Position numbers and translations under genes: made by a program
Shown: positions 35,540 to 48,633 of the stretch, in pieces
Position numbering within the stretch: position 1 is the first letter of the stretch
Layout of the letters: every line of letters begins with the position of its first letter
Notes under the pieces: model-generated
What the model was told of the DNA's origin: nothing
Seen by the model: the letters and a program-made list of their open reading frames with translations, nothing else
Databases searched by the model: none
Source of the DNA: Callorhinchus milii
Lineage: Eukaryota
Assembly: GCF_018977255.1 (NCBI RefSeq)
Contig: NW_024704743.1
Coordinates: forward strand, 20,834,001-20,898,000
DNA length: 64,000 nucleotides
Direction of reading: 5' to 3'

Positions 35540-38500
35540 CTGTAAAATCACAGAACTCTTTTGTCAGAACAGGAAACAAAAAGGAAGAAATCGCAAGCTG
35601 TGTAGCCAATATGAATATTATTCCACAACAGAGCTGTCATCCAACTAGCTGGCTTATATGAATCAATTGGAATATGAATAGGAAACAAACACAAAAAAAG
35701 AGAAATGTGCACAGAAAAAATAGACTCCTCCAAAAACAAATCTTGGAAAAAAGCCACTAGTACATTATATACAAAGACAATAATTCATGGGGACATTTTA
35801 TTGATGAGAATAATACATATCATACTGTTTGTGTGCCCTCATCATTCAGGTCCATGTATTGTGGAGGCTGTGTCCAGGCAGGCAGCTGTGGCCCATCCAC
35901 CCACATCCCCCTATGTGCTCAAGGACTGCTGTTCGTAACTAGGCAGGCAGGGGAGAGTATAGCCGGACAACACCAGGGGTGGCAGAGCATAGAGCTAAGG
36001 AGGGGGCTTGTTGCCATTGTTGCCATTCCTCACTGACAGTACTGCCACAGTCATAAAGAGCACGTCACATGTCAAAGTAGTGAAGTTTTCAGGCTTGAAG
36101 CCACATGGAGTCCATCAGGTCTGCTGATACATACACAGTTGGTTTTCTACTTTGTGACTGAGCCACCCGGAGATAATTCATATTCTGAACATTAACATGG
36201 CTTTGCATGCCTGTCACGCATAGGCTGTGCAGGCGGGTTGATGCTATTGAATACTTTTCTTCAATTTACGAAAAGAACAGGTTTATTCTTCATCATCAGG
36301 AAACTTTTAGTAAAGCATCTGAGCCAAAACTTAATTTAAATTACTTAATTTGAATGCGCTTTTTATGTACTCCATCCAATAGCATTCTGAAAATCTTAAA
36401 TAAATGTACAAACTCAAGCTCAAGAGGATTATCATCAGGATAAAAATGTTCAGGAGTAGACGTTTAACAAAACTATAACATTTAAAAATGCCTTACTCCG
36501 AAATTGATAAAGGGTTTCCTCGATGAAAAATCAGGGCCAAAGGCAATACTATAAGCTTAAAGTACTATAGACAGTTACAACAAGGCTTTTCCCCACACGT
36601 AAATTACAAAAACAATACAATATTTGGATTAGCTCTAGGAGCCCTTGACAAAACAGTTAATTAAGACAGAAAGTATTTGAAGAGCCCTTCATGAAATAAT
36701 ATACTAAACCTTTAGCTGTTTATTGACATGACTTTAATGGAGTACAGTCGTATATTCAAGATAGATAAATAAATATTTCATTACGAATTAAAGAGTTAGG
36801 TATATTTTTACATGATCTGAAAGAAACTGTGAAAGGGGAAATCTTGTGGCAGTATTCCTTGCAATTTCATTTACCCTGAGGTTTGAATGGTTAACCTTTA
36901 GCTCTAGCTCCACCATCTGTTGTAGCTCAGAACTGCAGATAATTAACTATTCAAGTCTCTTGGAGCAATGAGGACACTCATTAGCAAGACAAACAAAGGG
37001 ACGGTTTTCTGTAGCTACAGTCATCTGTCACCCTTTGAGTGGCAGGTTTTGTGCTGGTGTTCTCTTTGCCATCTGCCGACGGCAGCAGTCCTGAGCTTCG
37101 AAACCAAGGGACTGCTAGATACAACTTGGAGCAAGAGGAGAGGGAAACAAGCTTGGGCTAGTGAGACCCATGCAGTCTGGCTAATTGGAGGAAGGAGTTT
37201 CTGAGCTGCCAAATTTCAACCACATTCCCATGTTTGCACCTAATTTGAACACAATAAAAACAGATTTGCGATAATTCATCAGTTAATTATGATGAATTGA
37301 AGCAGAAAATGCAAATGTTGTATGGACAAACTGTAAATGCAAGGATTATTATTATTATAAATACATCTGCACTCAGAGGGTCACAATGATTGCAACAATG
37401 ACTACTAATGAATGAAATAGAATCACAGAAAGTTGTAGCAAAATAAATAGACCATTCAGTCAATCAGGTCTACACTGGCGTTTTCTCTACATAAGCCACA
37501 AAGTCTAAAGCCACTTTTCTGCACTTTCCACATACCCATTAATATATTTTTCTAAGCACGTACTGTACCAATTAATTCCCTTTTATCATCGGCTGCTTCT
37601 CCCATTTTTCAATCACTCTGTTTGCAAAGAAAATTAATTTGTTTTGTGATTGTCTTAAATGCGTCACTTCTCATTATCGCCTCGCCAACGAGGAAGAAAT
37701 AGTGCAAAACAATTGTGTCCAGGGTACCTCAAGTAGCTGATAGTGATCTATTGTACACTAGAGGTCCCTCTTGCAGCTCAATTGCAGAGGTACTTTCATC
37801 CCCTGTTATAGCTTGACCTTATTTTTCCCATGAATATTTACACAGAAAAGGTTTCAGACATATCACAATACTTTCTCCCCTCTAGCTTGAAGAACTTTAT
37901 TTTGATAATACAGTATACCCCCAGATTATTCCAGGTCCAAAACGAAAATTTTAAAAAAATTCTGCAGGCCCATGTGTAGATTCCCGCTAGCCCTCGCCCC
38001 CACTTCGCTGTGTTTTCTGGCCTTCAGTGGGCAGAAATGTCAGCTTGAACTCAGTTTGAATCGTGCAAGCGGAAAGAAGACAGCCTATTTGCTAACTTCT
38101 GTTCACAGGATTCAAACAATAATCCTTGCATTTGATATAGCGCCTTATCACATCTTCGAGACATCTCAAGGCGCTTCACAGAATACACTGTAAAATAAAT
38201 TTTGTGGGTGAAACTTGGCAGCGGTGTCCCACAAAGTTGTGTATTGAAGTGACCAATTTGTTACAATGCTGATAAAGCCCGAGACTGGGCACCTGAGCCT
38301 GGGTGGGAGCTGAGGGGATCGGGTGCAGAAAGATGACTGAAAGAGGTAAATTGAGACAGGCCTTGAATAATGGTAGGGAGGGAATGAGTCGAGGACTTCA
38401 AGAGTGGTTCAAAGTTTGTCCGCTGATTGTGGAACAGATACGACGGGAAACTTGAAGCAACCAGTGTTCTCTGAATTGTGACAATTTCTGATAATGTCAA

Positions 38501-40557
38501 TTGGGATTCTACAGCACAATTATTAAATTCTGAAGTTATACTTACACATCATCTGTGACTCAAAATATTGAAAAACAATGCAGAATTATGTTCAATTTAA
38601 CATTTTATATTTGTAAGAGATACGAAAAAAGATCTTTTGAGTAGTCACTATTTGATACATTTTAAATTTCTCCTTTATTTACTTTATAGTGATAGTTTTA
38701 AACCCATGCTCCATGTTATAAGTAAGCACTCCAAGACTCCCTATGTGGAAGGCGCTTTATAAGTGTAAGTTGCTGTTGTAAAGTATCGTATAAAATCTAT
38801 AGTCTGTAGATATACGCAAGTTTCACTGCTGCAAAGCAGCATGGCATAGAGCAACTACACTAAGACTCCGGATAGCTGGATCATTGGGGCTGGGTGTGTG
38901 GGTGGGCGGAGATCCATTCCCCAAGCCAAAATTTCCGGCTCTGTAATTAGAATACGAGTTCGACATTTAACCATTATTTTTTGGCAACGGCTTTTTTCAG
39001 TGCAGGTAAATCCCAGTATCTTCTGCTCGATGGATTCAAACTGAACCAAATCTGATATCCCTGGCCACTGGAGGACGGTGAGACGGGAACGCACTAGGAG
39101 AGTTGGGCAGGCGGGAGTCTTCACGTGGCCCGCGGAAATTTAAAACACTTCCATTTTGGGCCCGTTCCGACTAGATATGAATTCTGAATACCTGGAGTCC
39201 GAGAGTTTACTTTATAACCTCGATAGAGCATGTTGCACTCCCTGGCATTAATAAAACCGCTAGACACTGTAAAAATTGCTCTTTTATAGCAGGTTCACTT
39301 ACACGTAATATAGTACTTTCCATAGAGAACTCAAAATTCAATGATTTTGGTATCTGTGGATTTGCAGAGGCTATAATTATGAAGCGTCATTTAGAAATAT
39401 ACAGTAAAACCATTTAAGAACAGGTTAATGAGAAAAAGGAAATGCACTGAAAAAAATTTGTGCCAGTTCAGTAGCATAGAAATACTACTGCTATTATCAG
39501 TGTCAGGAAATGGAAAACCAATGCAAGAATCTCTCTGACAAGGAAGTTAGGAAGTTGATCAGACTTAGTAACAACACAACACATTATTAAGGAATGGCAT
39601 GCAGCTTTCATGCTCATTATAGGGAAATTCAACTTCCGTACAGAGGTTCCATCTACCTGTTCAGGTGGATGTTAAAGATCCCACAGCACTATTCAAAGAG
39701 AAAAGGGAATTTCTTGCGGTGTCCTGGCCAAAATTCACCAAATAAAATTGGTCACTTACTCCATGACTGTTTGGGAGTTTAAGCACTCTGAGACGCTACC
39801 CTGTGTGAGGGTATATAAATGCAAGTTGTTGTTGTTTGTGGGACATTACTGTGTGCAACTGGCTACTGCATTTTTCCCACAAAATACAGTCACTTCACTG
39901 TATATCCTGTGAAGCACTTTGAGACATGTCGACAACGTGATAAAGCCCTATATCAAAGGCAAGAATTATTATTTATTATTATTTTTGGCTTGGGTGGTCA
40001 AACTCCTCTTATCCATGTCAATCTCCACCCAAAAGGAGTTTCTTTTAAAAAAAATATAGACAGATTAATTAATTAGCCTTTATTGCATAGATAGGTAGAA
40101 GACGGTTGCTTCTCACCACACAGCACAATTGCCATTTTTAGGAATGATTAGATCCTTGCCTAATCATTAAATGATTAGATAATGTCTGACTACTTTGTCG
40201 TAAAGCATGTAAAATATTACGACACAGCATATGGAATGTACTTAGCAGTGTTAAAAAATAATGAAAGATAATAGAACACAGCTACACAACAACAATGGCA
40301 CTTTCTAGTAGACTGCAAAAAGCCCTGCTCGTATTTCTTTGTTACGAAAAGTCATGTCACCTTAAGTATTTAAAGATATCGCCATAACCTTCTCAAAGAA
40401 ATGACTTGAGAAAAAGATAACTCAAGGAAGAAAGCAGTGGTCCTGTAATTATTATGGACCCATGCAAGATTTCACATGGGTAAAAATCTATTGCCTTGGA
40501 TACTGTACAGCGAGAGCACATGTGTAATAATTGCAGGGTTGGAGAGGAAGGTAAGTT

Positions 40558-41870
40558 TTATGCATTGTAGAAACGTAGTGTGCTCTGCAATATGAAAGTG
40601 TCCTGTTGGGAAAGAAAATTCAGCAGGGGATAATTCACTTGAGGTATGAATGTATACATATTCATGTATGTGCAATTGTCTTCTGAAATCATTTTGAGGA
40701 TGATCTTAATTTTGTTTTCCTGTAAGCGTCCCACTATGTACTGTATCATAGCTTCCAGTGAGCTGGGAGAGGGTACATCTTCTGCCACCTGCTGCACCCT
40801 GCCACTTGCTGCGAAGACTGCCCATCTTGCCTGCCACTGTTGAAGGAGGGCACCTGCCTCTGATTGTACAGGAAAGTTGAGCTGCTTGATACAGTAGGCA
40901 ATGGCAAAGGGGTGTAAAGAGGGAAACAAAGCTGCTTCAACCACCATCTGCCTTTCAAATGTTGTCGTGCTTGAGGGTTCAGTGAAAATAAAGCGGCACC
41001 CTGGGGAAAAGCTGACATTTCCAGCAGCAACATCTTCATCAGTGAGCAGATGTTGGGGTACTCTACAGATCTAACACATCATGGAGCACAGAGTCAAAAT
41101 AGGAATAGCAACATATCCATTTCCATCTCCAGCCAAATGGTTCCAGACTTGTTGAAGGAAATTCTGTAGTTAATCCTCGCATCCCAGCATTTGTTTTGAT
41201 ACATCTAGGACTGCACAGAACATATCCAGAAACAGAAGCTGGGGAGGTGCTATTACAGGCATTGTGTAGAGAAGCTGTTTTCCAATTGCCAACATTCTTA
41301 AAAAATGATTTGACGTTAATTTTCCAGTGCACATTTCATGTCTCCTCGATTGCCTTCTCATATTTTTTAAAGTAATATGGCGGAAGATAAAGGAAGTAAA
41401 GGTTATAGTTTCTTGTGCAATTAAGTTTCTAAACACCTGTAGAATAATCCATATACCAAAGAGTACGTGGCTCAGGTGGGATGTGCCACTGACACAAGCC
41501 CACTCCTGTCTGAACACACCACAGATAAATCATAGTGGCATGGACAACTTGCAGCTTGAAGAGGCCTAAATCTATGGATGAAATAATATCTATGTTCTAC
41601 TCTTAAAGCAACAGGCTCTGCATTGTAAAGTCTTTCCAACCCAACTGGTCCAGTCCTCTTAAGACGAGCTTCAAGAATGTTAGTGTTAAACTGAACTGTA
41701 AAAGAATGCTCATCTGAACGTAGGCAAAATGGATGGAATTCACAGAGTAAAGTTATGCTGGGCCGTAATAAACAGTTAATAAGATGCGATTGTGGTTCTG
41801 ATGACTCTACAACATATTTTCTATGACAAAAAAGGCCTCTTGAATGTCTTCTATTATAAAAAAATCCTGC
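40558..41870 (-). pseudogene. Possible decayed coding sequence of unknown origin
   Basis: Frame 41529-40558 has only 2 internal stops in 324 codons; an overlapping frame 41870-41472 is open for 132 codons. No recognised domain. Confidence 0.3.
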
Positions 41871-43099
41871 TTAACTCTTCAAATTAGTCATTATCTCCTT
41901 TGTGAACAGTTTATAAAAATAGCACTTGATGAAAATATGTTACATTGAACATGAATGCTCAAATGAAACTCCAGCATCTAACTTCACCGAGTTTATACCT
42001 GAATCTGAGATGTGATGCAGATAAATGGACATGTGTCGCAGGTATATTGCGTGCAGATATGTGGCACTCTACTGTACCAAAGTCATCAAAAGGCACATCT
42101 GAAATCCAAATATGAGATCTGGAGGAAAATGGAGCGTAATTACTCCAAATTCAGATTAACCTGAAACTGCATGAGGGAAAAGGAAGCTATAATTTATGAG
42201 GATTTTAACTGCCTGAATTTAATAATAATTCTTGTAGTCCTTTTCTGTGAGTGAATTTACAACAAATTTACAACATAATAGAGGAAAGGATCTTTGTAAA
42301 AAGGTGACAAGTTTGTGGAGCTAATCCTTGAATATTTCTTAGTGCAGCATGTAAAACTGCGAAAAGTAATGAGGTCACAGTTGATTTATTATTCAGTAGC
42401 AAGCATGAAAAGGTGAACAATTTACTGGCAGTATTGTTACTTACAGTGATCAATCTGGATATGTTCAAGCAAGCAAACAAATGAAATTACTGTAATTCAT
42501 TTGGAATTTTATTAGGGGAAATTTAATTTAATTTTGAACAACAATAAAATATCAGATTAATAATAACAATAATACTTGCATTTGATATAGTTCTTTATCA
42601 TGTCACTGAGACATCTCAAAGCACTTCACAGGATATACTGTAAAGTAAATTGACTGTGTATTTTGCAGGCAAAACACGACAGCGAGTTACGTACAGCAAT
42701 GCCCCACAAAAGGCCATGGATTGAGTGACCAATTTTATTTGGGGGTATTGTTGGTCACAAAACAGGAAAAACTCCCTTCGCTTTCCGAATGGGACCTTGG
42801 TATGGAAATTGATTTCTGTATGAGTTTGAAAGCTGCATGCTATTCCTTAATAATGCTTTGTTGCTACGTCTGGTCACCTTGTTCAACTTCCTAACCACGT
42901 TGTTAGAGGGACCTTTGCATTGATTTACGAATCTTCCCACTGACTAACACCTGATTTTGGCAGTGATTGCTACCCAGTAGAATTTCTATGCTACTGAACT
43001 GGCGCAAAACAAATCTTGTACATTCCTTTTTCTCAATAACCAATTCTGAAATCTTTTCATATATTTCTGAATGATGGATGGAGTGAGTAACCAATTTTA

Positions 43100-43507
43100 T
43101 ATTGTTGACCAGAAACCAGGAGAAACTCCCTTCACTTTCCATGGGATCCTTAACATCCACCTTGACAGGCAGATGGGAGCTCGGTTTCCGAAGGACAGCT
43201 TCTATCATGCAACATACTCCAAGCACTGGATTGGAGTGTCAGCTTAGACTATGTGATTCCAACTCCTGATATAGGGCTTGAACCCACAACCTTCTAACTC
43301 AGAGGTGAGAGTGCTACCACTGCGCCAGGCTGACACACAAACCATTTCCTCCGAAAAGCAATGCGCCAATCGACTGACAATTGGGTTCCCACGTAAAGAG
43401 ACATTTTGGAGTAAGGAAACTTGCCTAAGGTTTCACCCTGCCTGGGAATTGAACCCAGATCCCCTTACTTGCGAGGCAAGCATGCTAACCACTATGCTAT
43501 GAATCTC
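43100..43507 (-). mobile_element. Deu-domain SINE directly abutting a SINE2 head
   Basis: atgggatccttaacatccacct..ggcttgaacccacaaccttctaactcagaggtgagagtgctaccactg, then ttggagtaaggaaacttgcc..cttgcgaggcaagcatgctaaccact. Confidence 0.8.
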
Positions 43508-44808
43508 CTTTAGATTTGGGGAAAAAGGTTTGATTGAAGATAGATCAGGCCTAACAAAACATTTATTGCCAAGGAACATCACCTTAAAGATTTATGTTGA
43601 ACTTATTTGGGGTAAAATCTTCCAAACTTATTTTCATTTACTGAAAAATTATAATTCATGTGGTTAAACAAAGATGGTCAAATGTTATGTTACATCCTGA
43701 GAGCACTTGACCGTAAACTGAAATAAGTTGCTTATCTAGTTGAGATCACATTAGGCAGAATTCTTAACTGAAAAGTTAATAGATCATGCTGAGATCTCTG
43801 GGCAAAACAGAGGTCTTTTAGAAACACCCTCTAATGGACCGAGCCGGCTGGTCTGTCATCAGCAGTACTTTGGAGTACAGCAGACTTGCACGGTCCAGGA
43901 ACCAGACTACCAAGACTGCCACAGAGGATTGATTTGATTCTGACACTCCATAGCCAGCATGTCACCTTGGAGCAAGCTCAGCTCTAAGATGATCCTACTT
44001 ACCACCGCCCTCTCCCCCCCAAAGTTAGTGAAGTTAATTTGGAATTAACAGAATTTGCAAAGCAAATTCAGAAACCATAAAACCCTCAATTGGCCCTCAT
44101 TTACAGGAAGCATTCATTATTGAACAAATTAAGAAAATAATCTTAACTACAAAGTAAACATAGAGAGAGAGGCTACAAAAACAATCAGAATAATGTACAT
44201 TTCTACTAAACAGCATAAAAGCTACAGAAGAGTGTTAGAAATAAAGTTTAACTTCAAAGCTTCAATTCTTAATTTTAATCTCAATTTGAAATACTTGGAA
44301 CCATGACACATTAATTCAATAACATCTCTATATTGACATAATATTTCAGCTTCAACAGAAAAATCCTTTATGTCCTGTACATAATGCAATTTCAGTTACA
44401 TTACCGGCATTCAAATACCAAGCAAATCTCACCTACAACTGTAAGTATGCACAATAATAACTTTTTTTTAAAAATGAAAGAACCAAAGAAGGCTGCTTTC
44501 AGGATGTATTGATTTCAAATGTGTGAGATTGTTTTACAGAATGCACAGTATAAATAAAAAACAAAACTTGGTGCTGGCGGCTTACATAAAAATAAACAGT
44601 TTTGTTTTGAAAGTGAACTAATACATTTGTCCTTTTTTGACATCACTTTGCATAAACTCCATATGCTGGTGCATATCTCTAAATTAAAGATATATTTGCT
44701 GTAACTAATAAAATAAATTGCATTTATTATTCTTTGTTGGTTTATTTTATTTACCTTGGCTAATACAGTTTCCGTTCAATAATATGTTTAAATTAAAAGG
44801 AACCATAC

Positions 44809-44958
44809 CAGTCTATTCTCTTCCAGATCTTCAAAATCTGCTACCTTGGCTTTCAAAGATGCAATAATAAAATCTTTTTCCTTAAGTTTCACAGAAGCCA
44901 TTCCCAAAGGTCCAGGAACCTTCATTCTCTTTTCTTCTGCCAATTTTGCATAATATTT
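44809..44958 (-). CDS. C10orf67: C10orf67 exon 5 (KYYAKLAEEKRMKVPGPLGMASVKLKEKDFIIASLKAKVADFEDLEENRL)
   Basis: Acceptor cttttataacag, donor CTG|gtatgg, 150 nt, phase 0-0. KLKEKDFII resembles human KLKEKEEVI. Confidence 0.88.
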
Positions 44959-46222
44959 CTGTTATAAAAGCAAGATTTTAATCAAAAAACAGGAGAATAT
45001 TAAATTTCCTATTGGTATCTGAAAAACATAATGCCTTTTCTGATAAGAAGAATATTTTACCATTGCAAACAAATCTATAGATGAGATCTAGAATAGAATG
45101 GAAACCTTCAGACATTTAGAAAGGCATTTTACCACCCCTTTGCCCTCAAAAGGGTGTTACAACATTTTAAGAATAGTGGTGTGCAAAATTAGTAGGAAAT
45201 GAATACCCCGTCTGGGTACAAACCTGCTGAGACAGAATTCGGAGAGAAATTAAATGAGAAAAACACCAGATATCAATAACAACTTGCATTTATATGGCAC
45301 CCCTCATGCAGGGTAGCGTCCCAGAGCGCTTAGTACTATGACACCAATACTACGAAGTTGTTTTAACTTTATTAGTACCAGTCATTCCAATTCTGTAGTT
45401 CTATCTGTTGCTTATGGAGTATTTTTCTTTTCAGGAATGTTCAGCATCTCCAGTTGATTATTAATGAATTATACAATAATAATCCTTGCATTTAAGATAG
45501 CGCCTGATCACTTCTTCGAGACGTCTCAAAGCACTTCACAGAATATACTGTCAAGTGAATTGACTGTATATTTTGAGGGCAAAACTCGGCAGCTAATTAA
45601 TTGGTAAGAGGAGGAAGGAGGAAGTTAACTTTGCACTCAGTACTGGCTACAATGAGGTTGATGTATAAACTGGATTAAAAACTGGATAAGAGCCTGCACT
45701 TTGGCTCTCTTCCAACAGCAATGAATAGACTGTGAATGATATTTGCTCCTTATGCAATGTCCAGTGGTCATTAACCAAACCTAGTCACATTTTTAATATT
45801 TGCAATGCATAGAGTGTCATTTGATGTAAAAACTCTTGTTTCTTTACCTCATTTTCTTAACTATGACAAGAACTGAACTGAAGGTCAGTGCATCAGTGGT
45901 ATTGGATGAGGTGGTAACAATTGGGGCCAGTTAGTGGACATCTCCCCTCCAATGGACACCCTCATCTAGTTTAAGGTCCATCTCAAGTCATACCTCTTTG
46001 ATTGTGCTTTTGGATATTTTACCCCTCACGTCCCACCCCAGCTTGTCAAGCACGAGATGTCCTTGAGTTGTGAAAGGTGCTACATATAGGTAAATGTAAA
46101 TTGTATTGTATTGCGTCTATCTTGGGTCAATCTCTCAGATTATGAAGCTGGTATCAGTCAATCCATTTTTAGTATGTAAGAGAGTTTTAACAAATTAAAC
46201 ACAAATATTCGTTTAACACGAT

Positions 46223-46260
46223 ACACACACATAATCACATACACACACACACACACACAC
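46223..46260. repeat. (CA)n microsatellite
   Basis: Interrupted CA run. Confidence 0.9.
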
Positions 46261-48616
46261 AAACCCGCAAAAACACACAAACACGCATACAAATGGCAAT
46301 TAACTGTCTAAAAACATGCATTTTTAATTGTTTCTTTATAAATGGTTAAATGAGGGAATGCCTTGGGGGAGTACTTTAGTTTCTCTTCCCCCTCTTGTTT
46401 TGCTACATTTGCTCCAGCGTTCCTCGAACCCAGCTGGTCTCAGATCAGCTGCAGTGACAGACTTGACAGTGAGCCTATCATGCCTGTCACTGTCCTATGG
46501 GCAGCCTATGAAATGGGGTCAGGCTGCAGGTGGGTGAGAACACACAGCTGCAGTCTGCTTAACCCACCCGCATTTAAAACAGTGAAAATGGCAGAGCCGT
46601 ACGAGTTTCACTCTGCTGGAAATTGTGTCATCTTTTCATTGAGAAATGTAAAACTGGCCGATTTATCAATAATACCAAATTTCTATCCAACCACTACCTT
46701 AAGCTGGTCCTATATATTTATGTATATATAGATGAAAACACATACAGTATGTCGGAGGGTATTATAGAGGGTTTCAGCTAACATCAGAAAGAGTGATTTA
46801 TCAATGTTATTTAAAACCCTGAGATGCGTAGAACCATATGGCACAAAAAAGGCCATTCGGATCACGTGACTGTGCAGGCATTATTCACCTGAATATAATT
46901 TAATACATATTAAAAAGTAATTATATTACAAAAATCAGCACCTCAATTTAACAGTAGATTCTGGACAAAGTGTTCCTGGAATATCTTACAAAATTATAAG
47001 ATTTAAACCACAACAATTTTCTAATTCATACCATTATATACACTAAAATCACGGAGCTCTGCTAATATATTTATTGTAGAATTTTGTAGTTTGACAAAAC
47101 AGATATTTTCTTCAAATCAACCATTTAGACTAATTTCCACAGCTTCCATATAAAACATTACATATAACGGTTTATTTTGAGTACAGTCAGACATGATGGG
47201 CCAAATGGCCTTCTTCTGTGCCATAAATTTCTATGGTTCTAGTTCCCCAAGATTCTGGCATGCCACGTCATTACTGTGCAGCGAGAAAATAATTGTTTGC
47301 CCAAATAGCAAACAGCAAAAGGTTGAAATAAATTAAGTTGCTTGGGTTCTTAATGTCAACTCTGAAACAAGAATTCTTGACAAGTGGTTGAAAGAGGTAA
47401 GATTTCTGGACAGAACTCAAGTACAATTTACTTACAAGAAAACACAAGGAAACGTGAATTGGCCTGTACAACTTAAAATTAGTTACCATCAAATGATTGG
47501 AGAGGTGTACCATTTTAACTGGAACATTCTACTAGTGTATAAATGATCATTATAGTTCAGTGTTAACACTGCGAAATTAATCTACAAAATACATAGTCAC
47601 TCCACTTTACAACAACTACTTGCATTTAAATAGGCCCTTCACACAGGAAGAGTCTCAGAGTCCTTACAGTAAATCCTGTGAAGCACTTGCGATGTCCTAA
47701 CGTAAAAAACACTATATCAAATGCGAGAATTATTATTATAAGCAGTAAAGTATCATGAATTACATTAAATATATTACATAATTGTTTTTCCAAATACTCT
47801 ACATTGTTGGAACAATACATGATGTTTGATTACAGTCAAACGTCTTTGTTGTTCATAAGTTCTGATGTCCTAACCCTAAAGAATACTGTATTCTACATAA
47901 TTACTTATGTATATCATGTCAAAGATAACAATGTTACAGTATTAAATTACACCACAGGTTGAGAGTATAAGAATGCAATAATTTGTCCTTGCAGGATATA
48001 GTCTTGCCCTCAACCTTACATTTGATATAGTGCCTTATCACGTTGTTGAGATGTCTCAAAGTGCTTCACGAGATAAACCTAAAGTGGAGTGACTGTATTT
48101 TGTTGGCGAAAAGTACAAAGGGCGAAATGGGCAAAAGTACATACGAAGATGAGAGAATTTAAAAAGGACATGGGCAAAGGAAGGAAAAAATGTATCCAAC
48201 TGAAATAATAGTCAGAAAATCATTATGTCTCTCTATTTTAATCATCACATATGTTCATCATTCATGATCTGAATACATCTTTTCATTTAATATCTAAAAC
48301 TTTTTTGATTTCAGTATAAACCTAAAATATTTTAGAAATAAAATATCAGAAGTCACTTGACATATCTATACAAAGAAACACTGAATAAGCCTTATTAATA
48401 AAAGCATACACCCTTCAAATGACTTTTAAAAACAATTGTGCTCATTGTGAGCTAAAACTCACTATTATCACAAGAGTTTAATCAAAGAAATTATTGCTTT
48501 TAAAAAGATGCTCAGTGAACTGAAGTAAAGCTTATCATTAGATAGGCACCAGAGACGGATGTAAGATTACAAAGAGACATCACAGGGGTGAGTCTATGAG
48601 AAACCCATTTGTCAAA

Positions 48617-48633
48617 TGGCCACAAGATGGCAA
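48617..48633 (+). promoter_or_regulatory. CTCF-like motif TGGCCACAAGATGGCAA
   Basis: Close to the CTCF core CCACNAGRTGGCR and lies in non-repeat intronic DNA; motif match only. Confidence 0.4.
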
